From: Paraspadella gotoi
Lineage: Eukaryota > Animalia > Chaetognatha
DNA length: 64,000 bases
Assembly (NCBI GenBank): GCA_051294375.1
Contig: CM119270.1
Span: 2,769,568 to 2,833,567 of the forward strand
Direction: 5' to 3'
Below the pieces are notes generated by a model. The model ran no database searches. It was not told where the DNA came from and saw only the letters and a program-made list of their open reading frames with translations. Shown in pieces: positions 39,801 to 59,734 of this stretch. How positions within the stretch are numbered: the first letter of the stretch is position 1; each line of letters opens with the position of its first letter. Both the position numbers and the translations under genes were made by a program.

Positions 39801-42260
39801 TGTATACTGAACGAGATTTCCAGATCAGAGCACAGGTAGCTGGCTTCAGATGTTTACGTCCGAGGACACATGCGCACAAGTATTGACGAGGCCAAAGAGA
39901 ATGTTTTGCAAGTGCGAAATCAGACCAACAACACGCATCCTTCATTTTGGATTGAGGCTCAACCTGCCAGAAGGTCTCAGTGCGGATGCACGTTGCATTC
40001 ATCTCCAGCCTTATCGTCCGATTGTGGCGGTCGTCGTTAAGGGTCCTGCACAAGGTAACTGAAGTTTACGCGATGTTGGATTCTAGCAGTACCTGTACTT
40101 TGATGTTCGAGAAGGTTGGTGGAGGAGCTGCGGTTTGACAGACTACATCTGTGGAGATGGCATGTGGCGACTTTGGACTCCACCCAAGCGTGGAGAACAG
40201 AGATCAGTTGATTTCACTTTGGATCAATAGAATGGCTTATATAGTGAGCGATGTGGATTACTGTAGTTATTGACGACATACCGGCAGGCCATGGAAATTA
40301 CCCACATCCTAAAAATCGGTAGCATTTAATGAAGTTCCGAATCTTGATAGAGAAGTCCTTCATGAGTTGGACAGGAATGGAATTGATCGTGATCATGGGT
40401 GCCGATTTTTGGCACACATACTAATGGACAACTATTACCCTGCAATGACATATGGCTTCTGCCTCGCGCTTACTGGCGCTAGAGTAGAAATTTCAAAACC
40501 CTAATGATTTGATAAGAGAAGTATGAACTCTCCAGCTCTTCTGCTGTTGAGGGATGTTCAGAAATCCAGCGAGCCGATATGTGGATGAAGGTATGACTTC
40601 CCCTTTCTCACAGACACCTAAGCGGCAGCTGTATCGGCAGCCTTACCTAGAATGACTGTCAGCATGGAGGCAAGTCTGGCTGACAGCAGTAAAAGACTTG
40701 CATGGGCTGGACTGTTACCAGGTCGAGGCTCTAACTCTCCCGGCTCAGTTGTCAGCCATTATCACCCTGGACAATGAAGAAGCTGTCTCGACGAGCATTG
40801 ATCGTTGCTTCAAGTGGATATTTGGTGACCTGCCTGCATGAGAAGATGGGAATCGATTTAGAGATTGATTTGGAGGCTGAAAGTCTTTCAGTCAATCACT
40901 TGAAGGTTGGTTGCATGGGCACTTTACGGGTTATTGCATCTCCCATGGAAAGGTGGGCCGTAAAGCTGCTGCGATGAACCTTTCTAAGGTTGACCATCGT
41001 GCCAATGGCTATTAGAGCGCGAGAAAGCCCATGCTATTAGTTGCTCTCGCGATCGTGAAGCCTTGACACAGTGAATGGGATTGTCAAGGAGTGGTGGATG
41101 AGGAGTCGCCTCTGAGATCTCAGAAGTCAGTGACCTCTTCAGCCAATTGGACCAATGCCCATAGTGCATCGTTCGTTAGAGGACGTATTAAGGCCTGGCA
41201 AGGTCAGGCATTTGCATGATGGCTAAGCATGACATAAGAGGTCATAGTTTGAAATAGTCAGCTCTGCAGGTCAGACTTGACAGCAAGTAATCGGCAATCT
41301 TGCTTCGCTTTTAGGGAGAGCCTTAGGGCTGATGGCGGATTTTGAAAGTTTCTTTCACCAGGTGAGGGTTTCTCTCCGACAAGAGGCTTGCAGTTTTGCC
41401 TTCTGCGTGATTCCGAGGTCTTGAGCTGGATCCTCAAAGCTCTCGTGACTGTGTTCGGGTTTGAAGCCCTCCCATCTGCCTGCGCATTTGTGGTCAAGTA
41501 CCTGGCTGACCTAGGTCGTGACAAAACCATCCTGTCACGATTGAGGCACGTTAAGCGGGACTTGTTATGTCGATGACATTATTGAATAGTCAAGCATCTG
41601 TAGCAGATGCTAAAGAAGTCATGTGGTGAAACTGCAGGAGTTGATTGCCTCTGGCTGGGTTTCAACCACCATCAATGGCGGTCGAATGACCCTGAGGTGC
41701 GAGCACGGCGATTGGAGATTGTGGGCCACTCAGACCCTCTGAGAGGTGACAGGTCCCTGATTGAAGCTGTCATGGGCAGGCCCCCTTAGCCCCGTGTAGT
41801 TGCCTATGCATCGAGGCACAGATGATTTGGCCCTAGGTGGCATCACCTTAAGTTTAGGGGGAGACAGTGAGGACTAAGAGGCAGTTGATGGGCGGTGGTA
41901 GCTCCCTGTACGACCTCTAGGGAATCGTTCTTCCCTGCCTCTTTTTGCCAAGCGTTATACTTCAGCGCTTGTTTGTGAGAAGGGGTTGCAATTGGGATGA
42001 TCCTGTGCCCAAGGATGAGTTAGATTTGTTCTTGGAATGGGAGAGGTTTCCCTGCCGAGATTGAAAAAATTATAAGGCCTCAGAGATACCATCGTTCCAT
42101 CGATTGGAGAGATGGTTGCTGACAGGCAGGCTCCACCTGTTGTGATGGCCTCCATGGGAAGATATGCGTGCAGTTGCCTTATCTTCGCTTTGTGAGTGTC
42201 AATGGCAAAGTTCATATTTGCTTTTTGACCTCGCCGATCGAGGGTGGCACCTATCAAGAG
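36832..42260 (+). mobile_element. BEL/Pao LTR retrotransposon, 3'-truncated within RNase H, heavily frameshifted
   Basis: Motifs in BEL order: Cys/His gag knuckles ~39770-39950; protease EVYAMLDSSSTCTL (40061-40102); RT RPGKVR (~41190), VTVFG-LKPS (~41445-41475), YVDDII (41566-41583), GFNHHQWRSND (~41657); YDPLG-like (~41908); WDDPVP (~41993); RNase H AVA-YLR...NGKVHICFLTS-RSRVAPIK (~42170-42258). No integrase or 3' LTR. Confidence 0.88.
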
Positions 42261-42755
42261 CTCGTTGTTCAGCAAGTTTAATGGGAAACCCGTCGATAAC
42301 GAAGACTCGTTTCTGAAAAAGGAAAACTTTCCAATAAAGGAAGAAAAAGGTTGTAAGCTAAAAGGGTCGTGATTGAAAAAAGCCAACGAGAAAAATAGCC
42401 ACATTAGTAATATTATTATTATTGTTATTAGTAATAATATAAAATTTACAGGGAGTGTATAATGTAATTAAATTTAGATTTTAAAGTTTACTAGTTAATG
42501 CGGATGTTTTTGTTTTTGTTTTTTGTTTTAATTTGATTCTTCATAAAGAAAAAATTATCTTTATTCCCTTGATTGTTCATTTGTTTATCTCCTAGTTCGC
42601 CATTTCTCCGTCGGGCGTCGCTCCCCGTTCCCCTTTTGTTTTGTTTCGACCTTTCGAGCCTCGAAATCGATGATTCGAGGTCGAAACCTCTTCTCTCGCC
42701 TTTTGACCTTTTCCTGGGAGAGAGCGGTGAGAGGGCAGAGAAAGCGTCGTCGTTT

Positions 42756-42787
<32 letters not shown>

Positions 42788-43204
42788 TTCAGGTGAAGTG
42801 AACAGAAATTTTGTCTAAGTCTTGATTTTCTGATTCCATATTTATTCCTAAACTATAATATTGTTAATATAATATAATATATAATATGGTTCTTTCGCCG
42901 TCTCGCCCTTTCCCTTTTATTTTCCTTTGTTATGACCTCTCTCTCTCTCTCTCTCTCTTACGTCATCTCTCTCTCTCTGCTGAACCTCTCGTGCTCTCTC
43001 TTCTCTCTCCTCTCTTTCTCTTGCTCTCTCTCTCTCTCTCTCTCTCATTTTACTGCCAAGATCCTTCTTTTTCTTTCCCTTATCCTTGGCAAAGCAGCTC
43101 CCCGCTCCGCAGATCGAGCGACCTTACCTTTTGAAACTCACTCACGTTTTTAACTCATCCATCGATCGATCGTCACCATGTCAATCTTTCAACAGTTTTA
43201 TGAA

Positions 43205-43445
43205 TTTGCAAGACATGGACTTTTAAGTATTTTTAAGTCTTCAATATCTCTTTTCGTCACATAGACTTCCATGTTTTTCTTTACTTGACATGGACTTCCA
43301 TGTCTCTTTTGGCATGACGAGGACTTCCATGGCTCTTTCCAAATGACTTGGACTTTCTTGTCTCTCTTGGCATGACATGGACTTTTATGTCTCTCTTTCA
43401 ATGACATGGACGTTTATGTCTCTCTTTCAATGACATGGACTTCCA
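43205..43445. repeat. ~27-bp degenerate minisatellite (gacatggacttccatgtctc...)
   Basis: About 8 units with a palindromic catgga/tccatg core; mirrored at 53290-53530. Confidence 0.8.
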
Positions 43446-43601
43446 AATCGAGTGGTTCCTCTGACCATCAAACTGTTTGGCAATGTCGTCGATAAAGGAG
43501 CCCTTTGTCTTCGTCGTCATCGTTGTCTTCGTCAGGGTCGTCGTCGTCGTCGTCGTCGTCGTCGCTATCATCATCGACTTAGTCCTACAGATATGAGCTG
43601 T

Positions 43602-43713
<112 letters not shown>

Positions 43714-44467
43714 CTTTTCCTTCTCTTTTCATCTTTTCTCCCTCTCCTCTGTTTTTTTTTCATTATCTTAATTTTTTTTTTTCATCCTCTTGAAATGTCG
43801 TGTCGCAAACATGAAAAAAAGAAAAAGAATTACGTCTCATTAGATTTTTGAGAAGGAAGCACGACAGAGCAAACAGGAAAACTTTCTCTTAAAAAAAAAA
43901 GGGGAAAAAAAAAGAAAAAATGAAATTGTCATGCAAAGAAATGAAATTGAGAAAAGGAGGAAAGGAAAGAAATACAGAGAAAGAAAAAAAGAGGAGAGGA
44001 AATGTTGATAAGGCGCTAAGTTGGACTGAAGAGTGCTATCCGCTACTTTTTTAACCTCCTCTAGCAGCAATGGAACGGGTCCTGGGCTTGGAACCAGGCT
44101 TGAGGGTTTTCCACGCCCACAAGGCGGTTCACGGTCGTCCTCACGCTTCCTGAAGGGTAGGTACCAGCCTGTACTGGATAAGAGTACAAGAGAACAAGAG
44201 TACCTAGTGGACAAAAACTGAAGAGAGCTGATGACTTTACCAAATGCGCCACCGGGTCATTTTACTTATTCTAATAGCGGATCTTAATAATAACCATAAT
44301 TTTTCAACTAATTCATTTTCAGGTGCCGTTTTGCGAGATCAGGTGCAGGGTAACACGGAGCAGTCCGGGCCGAGGCTCCTAACAGATGCATATTTCTGCA
44401 TANNNNNNNNNNNNNNNNNNNNNNNNNATGCATATGCATAAATAATGCTAATTGAGGAGAGGAAGAG

Positions 44468-44524
<57 letters not shown>

Positions 44525-45248
44525 TAGAGAGAGAGAGAGTGAGTGATACTCTGTCGCTAAGCAACCAAAAAGACGTGATTCGGCATAGTCGCCATCTTTA
44601 ACCTTTCTTCCTCCAAAGTTTGGATTTTGTAGAGACACAACAGATTTGGATCGATAACTCTATTTCCTCTTTTCTCGTTGGAAGAGAAAAATGGAGATTG
44701 GGGAGGTTCCTTTCTTTTTTCTTTACTCTTTCTATCTTTTTATTTCCCTTTCTTTCATTATTTCTTTCTTTCTTTCTGTCTTTCTTTCTTTCTTTCTTTC
44801 TTTCTGTCTTTTTTTTTTTCTTTCTTTCTTTATAATTTGTTCTTCCTTTTTTTTAATCATTTTTTTTTTCTTATTTCTCCTGTTTTTGTCAGTTTTTCTT
44901 TTCTATTTTTCTTTTCCTTTGATTTTCTTATTCTTTCTTTTCTTTCTTCATTTTTTTTATTTCTTTTTCTAGTTTTTTTTTAACTTCTTTCTATCTTAAC
45001 ATAAATTATCCAGGTTTGAAATCATCTTCAGCTTCAAAATAATAATTATCATTATCAACAACATTAACAAAAAAATATCATTATCATCATCATCATCATA
45101 ATCTTTTCCTTTCGTAAACAATTAGAGGAATAACATTTTTGTCTTCGATTCTCAATTTCTCGCTTCGATGTTTTCTTCCTTCTTTTCTAAAAAAAAGGGA
45201 AAAAGAAGCTTTTCTCAGAAATTCAATGTCTTTCGACACTTGGCCTAA

Positions 45249-45357
45249 GGGGGGGGGTGAAGGGGGAGGCAGGGGCGGAAGCAGGGGGAAGGCAGGGGGA
45301 AGCAGGGTGGAAGCAGGGGGGAGGCAGGGTGGAATCAGGGGGAGGCAGAGGGGGCGG
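45249..45357 (+). repeat. G-rich ~11-bp tandem repeat with G-quadruplex potential
   Basis: About 10 runs of 3 or more G separated by short spacers (aggcaggggg...). Confidence 0.8.
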
Positions 45358-45523
45358 TTTCACTTCCGCCGCCCAAAAACCTTTATAGGCGATAAAATTT
45401 GAATGAAAACTTCTTTTTTTTCCCGAATTTTAAATAAATAAATAAATAAAATATTTATCGAGAACCCCGTGGCGGAGAAAGGAATTTATTGTCCGCGCGA
45501 GAGGATATTAAAAACGCGGTTTC

Positions 45524-45588
<65 letters not shown>

Positions 45589-45953
45589 ACAAAGTGAGGA
45601 GAATATTTTATCATGGTTGTCCACGTAGAATTTTATTTTTAAGTTTTATTGCTTTCGGCGTGCGAATAATATTACGCATATGAGGTTTTAAGTGGTAAAT
45701 CAAACTGTCTATGCGAAACCATCATATATAAATTATATATATTGCCTTTCCTTGTTCATAAATGTTTGTTTTCGACTAGTTAAATATATATGTATCTTAT
45801 TCCTTGTAAACAAAAATATTCGCTTCTCGTCCGCGTTTTGTGCCATAGATTCCATCGAAGAACCAACAGGAAAGCGTCAGAAAAAATGTCAGTCAAATCG
45901 AAAAGTTTGCGACATCTTGTGTCTCGAGGCGAGAAGAACACCAGCTGATTCCA

Positions 45954-46043
<90 letters not shown>

Positions 46044-46189
46044 ACTCAGCCGCCCAAGTCTCCGAGCCATCAAACTCAAATTCCCGCTTGCAATCTGCTT
46101 GTATCTTCTTCATCTGCTTGCTCGCTCGCCATCCGAACGGCATCTTCATGCCATTTGGAAATGTTTTGCCATCCAATCGCCATGCCATT

Positions 46190-46385
46190 ACCATTCCATT
46201 GCCACTCCACTCCATCCCTCTGCTGTCTCTATTGCCATCTCCATTTCCATCTCCATTGCCAACCCTATTGCTATCTCTATTGCCATCTTCTTTGCCAACC
46301 CTATTGCATCTCCATCGCCATCTCCATCGCCATCTCCATTGCCATCTCCATTGCCATCTCCATTACCATCTCCATTGCCATCCGC
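46190..46385. repeat. 6/12-bp minisatellite (ccatctccattg)
   Basis: Source of the HLHC, PSPL and ISIA ORF repeats; mirrored at 62780-62970. Confidence 0.85.
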
Positions 46386-47454
46386 CGATCGACGTAGTCA
46401 TTTTCTTTCCTTCTTGTTCCTCACATAAAAATCTCGATGGATTTTCGTTTCTTTTATTTTGTTTCATGAAAATTTTATCCTCATTTTATTTCTCTTTTAT
46501 GTCTTCCAATATTATTTTTTGCTTTCGCTATCCTTTGGCCTTTTTTTTTAAAAGAAATAAATAAATAAGTAAATAAATTGATTATTCGATCTGACATGAG
46601 ATTCTTGCCTTGTGAGTTTCCAGTGAACCTATCACTTATTCTTGCAAATCGACTTTCGGTGAATAATTGAGTTTACAAAACTGATTTAACTTTTTATGTT
46701 TCATTCTAGAATCACATATAAAAATCAACAATATAAAAAAGCAAAGATTGTTTTTCTGGTTGCTTCATCTGGGGAAAGAATCCCACTCTCGAAAAGATTG
46801 ATGTTTTGAATTGAGGCTGACGTTGCAAAAATATTTGTGAGGAAATAAATTGGCTGTGGAAAGTGAAAAGTGTAAAGTGTATACTGTATACTGTATAGTG
46901 TAAGCTGTACCTTTCTACGAGATAAATTTTGCATTTGATAGGGTAGGGTAGTATATCGCCCCTGTAATAATTTTCTTCCCATTGGAGATTATTTTTTATG
47001 AAATTGGTACAACCAATACAAAAATTATCCATTCATTTAATAAATAAGCTATCTTGCCCCTGACTTTGGACAGGCTTTGATGGTTAAGGCCTCCATCACT
47101 CTTACAAGATAATTACATAGCAGGTCCCTGCAAGCTTTCAATCAAGACTCTCTCACAGTCTCGTTTATTCACTTCCAGAGTACTGGCTTTCTATCAATGA
47201 AGTGGTATAATGTTTCAAAGAATGTTTCAATTGGATGAAAAGACCACTCCCTTATTAGTTTTGAATGAAACCAAAAAAAAAAATTGGCTTCAGTTTGACA
47301 AGTCAATCCAAAAATAAATAAGGGTTTGAAGAGACAGTAATAATTGTTCTATGTTAATGACAGAACCGTTCAATATAAGCAGTCCTGAGCTTCGGATCGG
47401 GCTGTAACACCGTGTTACAGGCGGGTTAAGCGCCCCGTCCCTCTTAACTGCTAG

Positions 47455-47525
47455 GCGACCACCGGGCTAGAACCCGGACCTTTGGGTTGGGAGGCGAATG
47501 ACTTGCCTCCGGCACCAATGGCCGC
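47455..47525 (-). mobile_element. tRNA-Gly(CCC)-derived SINE head or tRNA pseudogene
   Basis: Minus strand GCGGCCA...TGGTCGC forms a 7-bp acceptor stem; T-arm CCGGG-TTCTAG-CCCGG; anticodon loop CTCCCAA. The anticodon stem is mismatched and the B box degenerate, so it is unlikely to be a functional tRNA. Confidence 0.6.
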
Positions 47526-47598
47526 TGAATGAACGGTTGGTGGATTTTAGTCCACCATATGTTGTTATATAACGTCACCTGCAACCCATTAATTTAAA

Positions 47599-47648
<50 letters not shown>

Positions 47649-49164
47649 TATTGCTGATGACCTTTGCCATCGATATCAATCTTTCAATCAACCCATCATC
47701 AATCCTTCAATCCAACCAATCATCTGATTTCCGACTGACATTTTCTTTCGGATTCTCTCGTTCACATTTTCGTTTTGTCTACATAACATTTTCGCTCTGC
47801 CGACGTTAATAACTTAACCTTAGCATTTCTCGCCGAGATTTCTCGGCCAACTTCCGGTCTCGTCTCTAATTTCCTCTCGGTCAAATAAATCTCGAGCAAT
47901 GACTGTCACTCGGCTGACGAATTCTCACCCGCAACGATACCGAAAGCCGGTGCCGACACAAACCGCCGACTCAGACCGACGAGACAGTCTGCCGACGTTG
48001 ACCGCCGACGCTGACCGACGGCGTCTCTGCAGACCGCCGACAACAGACTGATGGTTTTCGTTTGTCGATTTCAAATTATAATTCTTTCGGGTTTACCAGT
48101 TAATGTAATGTCTAGGCTCTCTCTCTCTCGTCTCTGTCAGGTCAATCACATTTGACCACTTTGTATTCGTGATATTAACCGCTTTTAAATGTCAACTTAA
48201 TTTTTAGTCTCGTGTACCAAAATGTGTCATTCAATATCCAAATATCGAATCTTGTAAGCGTCTGCTCGTGTGAAATGAAAGTTTCTACGGGTTTGATTAT
48301 GAAAATAGAATAATAATTATTCAAAATTCTCGTCGTACTTTTCGGACGGGCGACGCCTCGAACGCGCGACCCAAGCATAAAAAATAGTGGAAATATTCAC
48401 GCGGACCTGTTTTCAAGCTCCGGTTTAGGGATGAAATCGATTCAGGATTTTGAAAAAGAAAGAATGGGAGCCCGTCTTTCGTTTTAATCTGAACTCAGTT
48501 TTTAAAAATCCATATTTTTAAATATTTTTTTCACGATACTTTTTCTCCCTTTTTTTTTTTCGGAAAATTAATGGAATAATTTCTTTACGTTTTTGAATAT
48601 CTTTTTTTTCTCCTACTGTTTGAGTTTTAATTAAATTATAAAAAGGATGAAAATATTATTAATTAATTAATTAATTTACTGATTTAGTCCAGCAAGGAAA
48701 ACATAACTAAGGAGTCGATGATAGAGTTTTTAACCTTCTAGGTATATATTATATTTTAGACCTGTCACCAATCATCAGTTCAATAATGATGATTTAATGC
48801 ATTAGCCTAACGAAAAAAGTCCAGATCAACGGAATATTCCGAGTTCTGCCTCTGGCCGGAACGGTCTTCAAAATTCTCGAGGCTTTCACCAACTCGTCAG
48901 AGAGATCGCTTCTTCTCTCGCTCTCTTCATCCTCTTTGTCTTCGTCGTCGTCTTCCTCCGGGAAATGTCTCTGTCTCTATCAGCGTCATCGTTTATTCGC
49001 TTTTGTCAGATTCCTTCATCTTTGACGAGAGGATGTCTTTGTTCCGAGGTCGTCGTTTGTCGTCGTCGTCGGCGTCGTCGCTGTCGTCGTCGGCGTCGTC
49101 TTTGTCATCGTTGTTTGTCTTCGTCGTTGTCTTCTGTCGTCTTCGTCATCGTTGTTGTCATCAA

Positions 49165-49199
<35 letters not shown>

Positions 49200-49439
49200 T
49201 GCTTCTGTCGTCATCGTCGTTGTTTCCTGCTTTTTTTTTTCTACTTTTTTTTCGCTCTTTCCACCTTTTCACCTTTTTGTTTCATTTATTTTTTTCTTTC
49301 CTCTTCTTTTCTTTTATTTCCTTTCCTCCCTTTCCTCCTTTTTTCACTTTCTTCTACGAGCTCGACCCTCGGGGCCTCAATTTCTGACTAATGAGAGAAG
49401 GACCTCACCCCATTGGCCTTTAATGATTGATTCCCCGAT

Positions 49440-49536
<97 letters not shown>

Positions 49537-49859
49537 GTTAGTATTTTCCCCTCGCTTATATCCTCTTCCGCGTAACGATGTTTACGGTTTGGTTTGGGTG
49601 TTGAAGGCCCCGTAATGGGCATATTGATGGAGGCCCCGTATCGAGCGTAATTACGCGCGGTAAATTTAATGCGTTTTTTCTTTTTTTTTTTAATGCGGTT
49701 TTTTTTTCCTTTCGCACTCGACGAGGAAACGCGAAGTTATTTATCGCGGCCAGAACGGAAATTCTCTGCTATTTTTTGTTTACCTTTTTTTTTTTAATTT
49801 GAACTGGGGAGTCCGTTTTTCATTCCCTGGATGTTTTAAGTGTGGGAGTGCGCAAATTA

Positions 49860-50080
49860 TGCAATTGTGGCAAACTGGGGCCTGTATAAACTGCAAACAG
49901 TGCAACGGTGTTCTGTGGAAACTGCAACTGTGCAAACTGTGACTGTGGAAACTGTGACCTGTGGAATGACTGCAAGTTGCAAAAGGTGTCCTGTGGAAAC
50001 TGCCAACTGTGAAAAATACTGTGCCCTGTGGAACCTGCACACTGTGGCAAACTGTGTCCTGTGGAAACCTGCAACTGGGC
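49860..50080. repeat. Degenerate minisatellite (ctgtggaaactgcaa-like)
   Basis: Repeated tgtggaa/actg cores; open in several frames. Confidence 0.75.
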
Positions 50081-50469
50081 AAAATCGCGTCGAAACATTC
50101 CCTTTCTCGAGTTTTGGTCCGGTCTTTCGTCTCTTGTCTCCACCTTCCGTCTGTCTCGTCTGTCCCTGGATTGCTTGTTGCATGACGCTCGTCCCCGATC
50201 GCCTGTCCGTCCCTCCCGCCTGCCGCCTGCAACGATCGCCTGCAACGATGCGCGTCCGTTGAATTTCATCTTAAATCGACTTCTCTGTTTGCAAACTTTT
50301 TTTTCCGCTTCGGTTCGCTTCTCTCGCGCTCGTTTGCAATTATTATATTCCTACGAAACTACCTCTTTTTCTTTTTTTTTTTCTTTTTTTTTCCTTTCTT
50401 TCTTTCTTTTCTTTTCTTTTTCTTTTCTTCTTTTCTTTTCTTTTTCTTTTCTTTTTCTTCTTCTTTTCA

Positions 50470-51152
50470 GAGAGAGAGAGAAAGTGAGAGAGAGAGAGTG
50501 AGTGATACTCTGTCGCTAAGCAACCAAAAAGACGTGATTCGGCATAGTCGCCATCTTTAACCTTTCTTCCTCCAAAGTTTGGATTTTGTAGAGACACAAC
50601 AGATTTGGATCGATAACTCTATTTCCTCTTTTCTCGTTGGAAGAGAAAAATGGAGATTGGGAGGTTCCTTTCTTTTTTCTTTACTTCTTTCTTATCTTTT
50701 TATTTCCCTTTCTTTCATTATTTCTTTCTTTCTTTCTGTCTTTCTTTCTTTCTTTCTTTCTTTCTGTCTTTCTTTTTTTTCTTTCTTTCTTTTATAATTT
50801 GTTCTTCCTTTTTTTTAATCATTTTTTTTTCTTATTTCTCCCTGTTTTTGTCAGTTTTTCTTTTCTATTTTTCTTTTCCTTTGATTTTCTTATTCTTTCT
50901 TTTCTTTCTTCATTTTTTTTATTTCTTTTTCTAGTTTTTTTTTAACTTCTTTCTATCTTAACATAAATTATCCAGGTTGAAATCATCTTCAGCTTCAAAA
51001 TAATAATTATCATTATCAACAACATTAACAAAAAAAATATCATTATCATCATCATCATCATAATCTTTTCCTTTCGTAAACAATTAGAGGAATAACATTT
51101 TTGTCTTCGATTCTCAATTTCTCGCTTCGATGTTTTCTTCCTTCTTTTCTAA
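50470..51152 (+). repeat. Direct re-copy of ~44525-45190
   Basis: gagtgagtgatactctgtcgctaag...cttcttttctaa matches; entered through an (AG)n tract. Confidence 0.9.
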
Positions 51153-54567
<3,415 letters not shown>

Positions 54568-54697
54568 CAGAAGCCCATCAGGATCGGCCGACCTCGAATC
54601 TCGCCCCGGGAGATATTTTCAATGAAATTCGGTGCAGTGAAAAAGTTGTAAAGTGGCCCCTTTTTTGTGAGCCGGAAAACCGTGAAGATGGAGGGAG

Positions 54698-59484
<4,787 letters not shown>

Positions 59485-59509
59485 NNNNNNNNNNNNNNNN
59501 NNNNNNNNN

Positions 59510-59649
59510 TCTAACTGCGCGTTAATTACCGCCTTACGCTCGATACGGGGCTCCATCATATGCCCATTACGGGGCCTTCAACACCCAAACCAAACCGTAA
59601 ACATCGTTACGCGGAAGGAGGATATAAGCGAGGGGAAAATACTAATCCA

Positions 59650-59734
<85 letters not shown>

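Noticed and set aside
45692-46564. His/Cys-rich 290-aa ORF as a metal-binding protein
   Set aside because: Derived from (CT)n plus a 6/12-bp minisatellite; the frame is not preserved in the mirror copy.
47455-47525. Functional tRNA-Gly gene
   Set aside because: Two C-C mismatches in the anticodon stem, poor D arm and degenerate T loop.
49840-50262. Cys-rich ORF resembling a metallothionein or keratin-associated protein
   Set aside because: Minisatellite open in several frames on both strands, with no splice or start support.
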